Below are positions 54,664-64,000 of a stretch of DNA of 64,000 nucleotides, in pieces. A program made the translations under genes and the position numbers. A model generated the notes under the pieces. It saw only the letters and a list, made by a program, of their open reading frames with translations, was not told the DNA's origin and made no database searches. Each line of letters starts with the position of its first letter. Within the stretch, counting starts at the first letter, position 1. The DNA is from Chrysomallon squamiferum (taxonomy: Eukaryota; Animalia; Mollusca): assembly GCA_012295275.1 (NCBI GenBank), contig CM022677.1, positions 2,418,001-2,482,000 on the forward strand. Reading direction: 5' to 3'.

Positions 54664-57569
54664 AAAATATCCTTTTGACCTGAAAAACAGAAGTATTTGC
54701 AGATTGTGTTGAATGGTTTAATTATCTAAATCTGTTGTATTTCAAGGATTTTCTGTCTGAAATGTTTAATTATGTGTGCACACATGGACAGGAAGACACA
54801 TTTCACTTTCTTTTATAATGAAGCCAGAAACAGTCTGGTGTAAGCACTAATGTGATTTGATTCTGTGACTACCCACACTTCATACACTGACTTACACATC
54901 GACTAGTGAGAAGTGTTTGATAATCATACAGAAAACACAGCAGTCAGTTTAATTCATAGTTTACAGTTTTCTCTCTCACTTTATTCCAGTAATTAACCAC
55001 TGTGAAATAAAATACTTGATAACCAATTTGACTAGAAAATAAAATAAGGAAAGAAAATAATTAGGAAAAGCAGCTAAAAAAAATTCATAAATCATGTTTC
55101 TCCTCGATATAACAGCTATTGAAACAGACCTATTATTTTACTAATTATTTATTTATTATTATTTTTATTATATGTAAATTAACAGAATTTAACTTTAAAC
55201 ACTGTAAATGTTTAAAAAAAAGACAAAAAATTAAATCTTGTATTTCACATAATCCTAATTTTCATTTAGAATTTAACAATTTATAAAAATGTTTATTTCT
55301 TTAAAACATTATTCCAAAATCTGTAGAAATTAATGGTGGTTTAAGACCCGGCACAGACACAATACAAGATAAATTATTAATGGAGCTGAGTGTGGAATGG
55401 GAAACGGTAATGTTTCAAGGATAGAGTGAGCTCTGGGATCATTTCAGATTCTTATTTATTAAAACTAGTTGTAATTAAAACATTTATCAATTAAAATACT
55501 AGTATATTAAAAATTTAACAAACTATTAATCATATATATGTATGTTATAAGTTTTAATATACTTCTATGTTATATTTACAGATGACTGAACTTCCACTGC
55601 AGTCCATGTTGTCCACGATGTTGATCATGTCAGTTCATGTGACAGAATTCTCACAGTTGTCTCCATGTTGTCTGGGCAGAATGTTCTCTACACACCAAAG
55701 GTTTGAAACTGCTGGGTTTTATAGGTTTCAAGATATAATTAAACTAATATTATATAAGAAAATAAGTAAAACAGAAAAGTTATTATTAACAAAAATCTTA
55801 TATACAGCATCCTATGTTGTTGAAATAAAAAATAAATAAATAAAAAAGATAACAGCAAAGTGAACTCTTTATTATTAAAATCCAAGAAAAAAAGACATCC
55901 AAAATAGTATTTTGTTTATTTATGGTGAACAATCTTGTTAATTATAAAGTTTGACACAAAACTGAAGAAACTTGCTGGTTATGAACACTAAAAATTATAA
56001 ACTTCTGTATTTTAAAAAAAATAACAGACAAGCAGATACTTTTCAAGAGATATCTTAATAATGGTATAAGATGTAAAATGTATTTATTATGACTAAATAA
56101 TTTGTAATTTTTAATACATCAGGTAACTTTTAAATAATAATTTGCTATCCTTTCCAATGATAAATGTTATAGTTTTTAAGTAAATCAATTTTATTTATTA
56201 GGGTTATCAGTGATAAGTTTTGTTTACTACTTTTACAGGATACACAAGCCCTTGCTGACCACAACAAGTTCTATCAGGCCAAGGATGACAACTTGACCAG
56301 GCTTGTAGTACAATTCAGTGAAGAACAATCACTTCTCCAGTTCGTGGTGTTAAAAGAAATTTGTACAAACTCAGAAACTCATATGAGTTCAATGTTTTGT
56401 AATCAAATGCTGAGTATAATGGAAAGGTAATTCAGTTTACAACTAGACTTTATAAACTGTAAAATATAAATCATTTAATGCTATATGAGAATATTTTAAT
56501 ATTATTATTATATATAATTTTCTTTTTTTAAATAATGGTATCTGTAGATGCAAAGAAAAAGACAAAACGTGGCATTGATACAGCAGTTGGGAGAAAAGGA
56601 CTGTACTGTAGAAAATGTATGTTCAAAAATTAACACATAAAGATTACTGATCTTACTTGTTGTCAATTTTTATAAAATATATTAATTTATGTACTTAATT
56701 AAAAGTAAAATGGAAGTTACTGCTTTAAGAAAAAAAAAATATATATATATATACAATGAAAAATAGAGGTCCAACAAGACTGTTTAAATAAATATAATTA
56801 AACTTTATTTTATTTCAGTTAAATTAACTGTACTTATTATTGGTTGAAAACATTTCTTCAGATTCAAATGATAAAATATAAAATTATAGTGGGTCTTGTT
56901 AAAATGTTTGAATGTAATATTTTATGTTTCAGTCACCACAGAAAGCTATTAACAAGAACTGATGTCCACTGAATCTAAATGACTTGACAAGTTTGCCTCC
57001 AAGTTCTTCAGGTTTTCTGACTGTACTGAACTAAGTAAACAGAAGATAAAACATCTCCACAGTAAATATAAAGAACTGAATAACTGGATAAAATAACATT
57101 TTAAAAACATTACTTGTGTGAATCATGGACTGTTCTTATTGAAGAATTTATAATATTGTGATACTGAATTTAGATTCAAAGTTACAATGTTGTTCATGAA
57201 AGATGTGATCAAATGTATTCAGTATACTGAATGTTTGCACCAGACACAGCACCAAGTACAGGCAAGTCTGTGGTAAAAGAAGTTACTTTTTTAAAATGAT
57301 TTAGTGTCAGAAATCCTTTATTACTGACTTAAAATAAAAGTACAGACTTCGTATTAAAAAATGTTTGGTTTAAGGGAGATATTTTTTTTTTTTAAATTTA
57401 ATTTTATAGTTTTAAATAATTTTGTTTTGAAAGAATACTGTACTTAATAATCTAATCAAAACTTAAAATAAATAAATACCAAGAGTTCTGGTAAAAATGT
57501 ACCCTATAAAACATCGTTAAAACATAAAATGGAATCAGTTGACCTATTTAAATAACAGAGTTGAACAGA

Positions 57570-58143
57570 CTGGCTTTTGGCTTTTTACCAAATGTACTTT
57601 AACACCCGAAGCTGCATAGTCACGTGACATAACTGACATAACGTCATCTCAAAATATAAAAAAAAGTATATAGGGTGGGGGGAGTGAAAGACAAGACATG
57701 ATATATTGTCAACCTAACTCTTGTGATTTGTAAAACAAACAAAGATCTTCATTACTGGCTTTTGGCTTTTTGACCAAAAGTACTTTTAACCCGAAGGTGC
57801 TTAGGCTTCATCCGAAGGAGCATAAGTTAAAGTACATTTGGTCAAAAAGCCAAAAGCCAGTAATGAGGATCTTTGCAAATCACAAGAGTTAGGTTGACAA
57901 CTAAACTCTTGTTATTGTAAAAAAAAAAAAAAGTTCCCCATGATTGGCTTTTGGCTTTTGGCTTTTTAACCAAATGTACTTTTAACCCGAAGGTGATAAT
58001 GTTCCTTCGGGCGAAGCCAAAACCCGCAGGATCATAAGTTAAAAGTACATTTGGTTAAAAAGCCAAAAAGCCAAAAGCCAATATGAGTTAAACTTTGTTT
58101 TTTTTTTTACAATAACAAGAGTAGAGTTGAAATATATCAGGTC
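57570..58143. repeat. Nested palindrome cluster: two tandem ~200-230 bp hairpin units plus a half unit
   Basis: Unit 1 is 57706-57900 (TTGTCAACCTAACTCTTGTGATTTG ... CAAATCACAAGAGTTAGGTTGACAA) and unit 2 is 57898-58129. Arms carry TGGCTTTTGGCTTTTT.ACCAAA.GTACTTT / AAAGTACATTTGGT.AAAAAGCCAAAA.GCCA. A half arm lies at 57570-57611. Confidence 0.92.
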
Positions 58144-58502
58144 ATAATTTTCAGCGACTTCATTTTTTTAATTTATTAATAATGTTATTTTTCATTGTAT
58201 TTATATATAAAATTAATATAAACATATGACAAACTAAGTAAATTTAATTATTTAACTTTTATTAACGTAACAATGTAACTATGATTAACATTTTAAACAG
58301 CATCAATGATATCATTTGTTTATGATATAATATTCATTTAAATGTCAAACACTTTATAATTAATTTGTGATGGCAGAATAATGTTTTCAATATCAATGTC
58401 CAAAGCTTGGTTATTATTCATATACGCTTCTGGAACTGTATTATCAGCAGGGTTGTTGTCATCTTCAGATGCTATAAACAGATCTTGAGAATGTTCATCT
58501 GA

Positions 58503-58702
58503 NNNNNNNNNNNNNNNNNNNNNNNNNNNNNNNNNNNNNNNNNNNNNNNNNNNNNNNNNNNNNNNNNNNNNNNNNNNNNNNNNNNNNNNNNNNNNNNNNN
58601 NNNNNNNNNNNNNNNNNNNNNNNNNNNNNNNNNNNNNNNNNNNNNNNNNNNNNNNNNNNNNNNNNNNNNNNNNNNNNNNNNNNNNNNNNNNNNNNNNNNN
58701 NN
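58503..58702. other. Assembly gap (200 N)
   Basis: Run of N. Confidence 0.99.
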
Positions 58703-59059
58703 ATTTTACCTTTAAAAATATCAGTTCAGAAAATATGTTTTAAAAGTTGTAAAAGAAAGTAATAATAAATGATAGTAGATATTAAAGACGTATAAAAATA
58801 ATAAAAAGATGACAATTCGATTTAAACACTGGAATAATATTTACATTATGAAAAATTAGAATGTAATTTGATATTCAGTCTTATCTACAAAGACATATTA
58901 TTTTCATCTACATCCATTGGTATGAATTATAAAGGTTTTATTTATTTATTTATTTATTTGTTTTTAAACTTTTCTACCCAGTGTTACTACACTTGAAAAG
59001 TTTTAATATGTTATTTTCTTCATTTGTGCACGATGCATACAGTTGTCACAGTTTTAAAC

Positions 59060-59600
59060 ACACACGCACACACACACACACCCATACATACACACACACA
59101 CACACTAATATTAATAATCAAAAGAAATGTTACCACATTTCAGCACGCTAGAAAAAGACACACGAAAAGATGAATACACCCTTCATTTGATTAGTTTCTA
59201 CTTTGTTATTGATAACAGATGATAGAACAGGTTCAAACATTGATCGCACACACACATTTTTGTTTTAAGATAAATACACTTTAAATATAATGCCGTTATG
59301 AATTGTTTGATGGGATCATTTGTTGTTTTAACGCATAAGAAGATAAAATAAATAAATAAATAAAAATAAAAAAAAGAATCATATCGATTTATAATTAGTA
59401 ATGTATATTTTGATAAAGGTTATTGTGTTCCTTTATTTATTTATTTATTTATTTTTATTTTTTTTATTGTTATTGTAGTTGCAGAAACATTCGGGATGAT
59501 TGCCAGTGTTTAGGGATTTACTGTTTTATTTGATGTTCGAAGAATCTTATAAAGAATTGCCACATGATGGCTGCCATCTTATTCGAGAACAATAATTATT
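59060..59600 (+). repeat. Multi-kb dispersed repeat, copy C (partial, internally deleted)
   Basis: CACTAATATTAATAATCAAAAGAAATGTTA, TGAATACACCCTTCATTTGATT, ATCGATTTATAATTAGTA, CGGGATGATTGCC and ATGG.GCCATCTTATTCG.GAACAATAATTATTT are shared with copy B; the latter blocks are also in copy A. Confidence 0.85.
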
Positions 59601-61075
59601 TATACACAAAAAATAAACAATCTCAGAACTTTTGTAGATAATCAAATATAAATCCTGAAACTAGAAGCCTTCAGCTGTTATTCATTATTACAAAAATATA
59701 GATAAATTACATAGTTTTATAGTTTAATTTAAAAGTAACAATGGATTCTCTGAACAGCATCATGACTGAGAGAACAAGCAGGAATAATCTCCTTTATTGC
59801 AAAATTTCTTTTCCTAAAATCTGAATATTTCCACATTGGTTGACTGATGTATAAGATACAACGTGAACTAAAACTGGATACAACTGAAATCTGTCAAGAA
59901 AAAGAAAATCAATATATAATTATCAATACAATCTGAGGTGCAGCTAAAAATTAATCCTGTTTTTCTTAGTAACAGAGAACTGCAGTCTGGAAGGCCTCTT
60001 TATTTCTTAATTTCTCAACTACGTTCTTGAATGAGATGATATTCATTTAGTTATACGACACATTTTACTGAAAATTACAGGTATGACTGCACTGTTAACA
60101 TTCAGAAATATAGATGGAACTTCCATGTTATAATGTTTGTATAAATATCAGTAGCTTTATATGTGTCGTGAAACATATATCGAGAAATAAAGAGGGCGCA
60201 TCTAGTGTGACATTTTATAAACACCAGAACATGTTTCACTGAAAAACACACACAGCAGAACTTTGTGCAACTAACTTCAGAAACCGCTACGAAGTGTCCG
60301 TTTTATTAACGTAACGTGATATTTTACTTTGCTAATTCTGAATCGCATAATAGAAAGGTGTAATTTTACTGTACGTGGAACTTTAGTAGTATATACACTA
60401 CAGGAAATATTGATGACCACAGTTAATCTGTTTGTTATTACGACAGTTATAAATGGTAATTCTACATGGCGTTATGAAAATAAGCGGTTTAATTACCTGT
60501 AAAAAGAAAAAAAAAAGAGAATTAATTATGAGCAGTGATATTTATAATTAAGTGTATTGAGAACTGTTAATCTCATATTTATATCAGGTTATATTGAAAA
60601 ATATCAGAGTTAATTCCCTGAAATCACGATAGCTGAGAACAAGCAAGGTTAAATTTAATTTTTTCATTACATTCATTCAAGGTGTACATCAGCGCAAGTT
60701 GTATATTTCTTATTATAGCTGAAGTTCTCTTATTACATTAGATATTAATATAACCGCTTCACTAGTAATAATCTATATAACAATGAAGCAGACACCATAT
60801 TTGTCAAAGTCCTCTCTTTGTCAATAGCTAAATAACAACAACAACAACAACAGTAATAACACCTTAATATATTTATTTTTTATTTTGTTTTAATTTTTCT
60901 GTAAAAAATATGTTTAATGCTATTCTCTTAGTTTCATTAGAACTGTTCTGAGTGCGGATATAAAAATTACTACGAACTATTTACTAGGCCGCTTAAAATT
61001 ATCAGAGAAATCAGATTTATTCTTAGTGTATTATTTCTGTCGAGATCAAAACTAAATACTTCTTTTGTAAAACAG

Positions 61076-61126
<51 letters not shown>

Positions 61127-63029
61127 TGATTTATTTATAATATAATTACATAAGAAGTCGTGAACTGTTATAAAACCACAGTTAACTAAAGAATATCGGC
61201 AGTTTACTCTGATAATGTTACCCCATCGATAACAAAAAAAAAAATTCAAGTTTTATAATGTGTGTATTATTTATATGGCATTCTAAAATTATATTAATTA
61301 GAGATTATAGGTTATATTATTGAATAAACATGGAATTTCATTCTAGATTAACTTACTTTTCTCAGTGTTAAAAAAGAAATCTGATATATTCTTAATTACA
61401 TAATTTGATACATTTGAATTTTAGATTAATCATGTAATTTCATGTAGGGAGAGATGTAAATTGTGTCGCGGAATGTCATGTTACTGGTCATAAAACAAAG
61501 TATCACATTATGACACTGAAAGGTGCACAGTTAATTTTCAGTAATATCAATACAATAATAAATAAAATATTCATCTAGCGCTTCACGCGTTTCTGTATAG
61601 TCTTATTATTAATGTTAACACACCACAATGTTTTAGTATATAAGAAGGACATTAATTTTTTTGGGGGGGGGAAATCATATTAATATTAATGTTGAAAGAA
61701 GATATTTATATTTCGATGCGAAGCGGAGATATTAAGTTTCTATCTTACGTTAACTTTACAAAATTATTCAACATATGAAATTTTCATACATCTACTTTCA
61801 GACATCTTAATCTCTTTCTCTTTATTTTCTGCGAAAGTTAAGTATTTTCAAAATGTTCACTCTAGCTAATTCATCTCTGAAAGTAGTGTTTTATATGTGT
61901 TCCTTTTTATATTTCTAAATCTTCAGACAGTTCGTACAGCACTGACAATCAAAACAATATAATATTTCAAAAAAATCCACAATTTGAAAAGCTTACAGCA
62001 TTGTTAAATATGACATTCTAATATCATGTTTATTTTTTAAATTCTTTATAAAATGTTTCTAACGCATTCTAAAAACCGTTCAATGTCACTTCATCTGCTG
62101 AGAGTGGTAATTTAATAAGGTAAAAGTTTCATCATGTATATTGGATAGAGGTTCCTTGTTTCCTTAATCTTTGAGTATCTGCAATTTCAAATAATTTTTA
62201 TTAAATGGTCAAATGATAAAATTACAAAAATATGAAATGTAATCATTTATAATGATTATTAAACCCACTGGAAGTTTTTCATTGCTTGCACCCGTTGTCT
62301 GCCCAGTTCTGATATTTTTGAGTCACATAAGGGCAGGAAGTGTGCAACCTGTGAATATCTATTGTTGATGGTTGTTAGATGAAAAGACAATATTTTTATA
62401 GCCAAATACTATCACAAGTGCCATACAGTTTTCAGGTTCATGGCTGTTGGTATTAAAATTATGATTACCATTCTCTGATGAATAATGGAATCCAAGTGCT
62501 CTTTGAGAATTCTGAAACTTTTGTTGTAGAACAAGGTTGCTGAATTTGTATGCTTGATGGTAGATGTCTGGAATGGTTGTTATGGTAACTGTTGTTCTTG
62601 GAAAGGCTGTGTAATTTAACTTTCTTGTCTGTGCTGTTCTGCTTGGTTTTGTTTTGTAGCCGTATCCAAAGAAAGGTGCCGATGTTTTGGCTCCTGATGT
62701 TTCTTGTTCACCACTGAACAGTGGCTTCTACTTCAGTCAGAGACTTTTGACTTAAAGAATGAGTTTAGGAGTAATGAAAATATTATATTTAACTTTCACT
62801 TTTGCATTGTATAACTTTAAACAAATATGTTTTTATTGAACTGAAAGCAACAAAAATACAGGATAATTATTTAATTCGCCTTAAAAAAAAAAGATTAGAA
62901 ACAAGGTAGACCTTTAATAAAACAATTTATTTATGTCAACTTAAATCTAACATTGAAAAATGACTCTTCTGAAAAACTACAATTCTAATCAATGATCCCA
63001 GAATTATTTCCAGAAGATTCATAAATGCA

Positions 63030-63490
63030 CATTTTGTAAATATCCATTCTGTTTAATCACTGATCAGATGGTTCTGCCAACTTCGACATCTCTTAATACA
63101 ATTACAACATGAACTGGAGAATGTTTTGAGTCTTCTGTCAGTATGTCGCTTCTCTCTGTCTAATATATCTGATAATTTTAACATGCACTTCTGTATGTAA
63201 TTCATTATTATTATTATTTTGTTTTCTTTTGTTACTGTCCACAAACATAGTATTGGTATTTTATTACTATCTGAAGATGTTATTTTCTCTTTGATGAAAT
63301 GACAGCCATAAAAATCTTGTTTGTCAAAATCGTTAATTGAGGTAAATCATTCCTATTTTGTCTTTCATAAAATTTTTCTCCTTCCACTGATAACTCTAAA
63401 GATGTGGTGTTCTACTTTATCTCTGACATTTCATAAAGTGGACACTGAAATATTTGATAATTATTTTAACAATAATTTTAGTCATTTGTT
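63030..63490 (-). mobile_element. Possible highly decayed LINE ORF1-like relic
   Basis: Minus-strand fragments FMKDKIGM, DFDKQDFYGCHFI and IPILCLW loosely resemble the ORF1 RRM 'DI..CHR...RPILVKF' region. Weak support. Confidence 0.3.
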
Positions 63491-64000
63491 TTTTTCTATG
63501 TGATCATATTGAAACCAGTGATATACATATTTATATATCATTAACACATTTTTTTATACTGTTTTATTTTATCTCTTACCTGATGTAGTGGCTTTCCTAG
63601 GTGAATTTCAGAGCTAGAATTGTTTTCAGTAATTTCTTGTGAGAAGTAGCCCTGTGAAAACATATTTAGTGGAAAAGGTAATATGATAATAAACAAGGGA
63701 ATGGGAAAATGTTCATGCAGATTTTTGTGATGAACACTTTCCCTATATGCACTACCTCACAGAAAATTAAAGACTGGCATTCAAAACAATCATAGCGAAA
63801 TTTCATATATTTGTTAAAATTGAGACTATAAAACAATACACATTCATTCATCTTTTTTTTAAAGTAATTTTATTATTGATTGGCATCTGAAACAGTGAAA
63901 AGAATAAAATCTCGTTTCTCATATATTTTCCAGTTTATAGCATAACATGTCAAATTTAATCTTCTCGAAATTTCAGCACATCAACGTTCCCAGTTAATAA

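Overview
AT-rich, repeat-dense animal genomic DNA. It is probably molluscan or another lophotrochozoan, judging from the 5S rRNA fragment and the type of TRIM gene. There are two 200-N scaffold gaps and many microsatellites. Main contents: (1) a near full-length but disabled Tx1/L1-clade non-LTR retrotransposon (CCHC ORF1 plus APE-RT ORF2) whose 5' end is joined exactly to nt 1-39 of a 5S rRNA gene, consistent with a 5S-targeting element; its 3' junction is lost in a gap. (2) A spliced RING/coiled-coil/NHL-like beta-propeller (TRIM-like) gene on the minus strand with a single frameshift, plus a paralogous 3' fragment trapped inside a tandem duplication. (3) An EGFR/ErbB kinase pseudogene relic of three exons with human-like intron positions. 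(4) Decayed hAT, Gypsy, Tigger and LINE-ORF1 relics and a hAT-type MITE with an 8-bp TSD. (5) A multi-kb dispersed repeat in three copies, a satellite family that has seeded a young 78-bp minisatellite, and a nested palindrome cluster with GAA mini-hairpins. All assignments come from reading motifs by eye; no searches were run.
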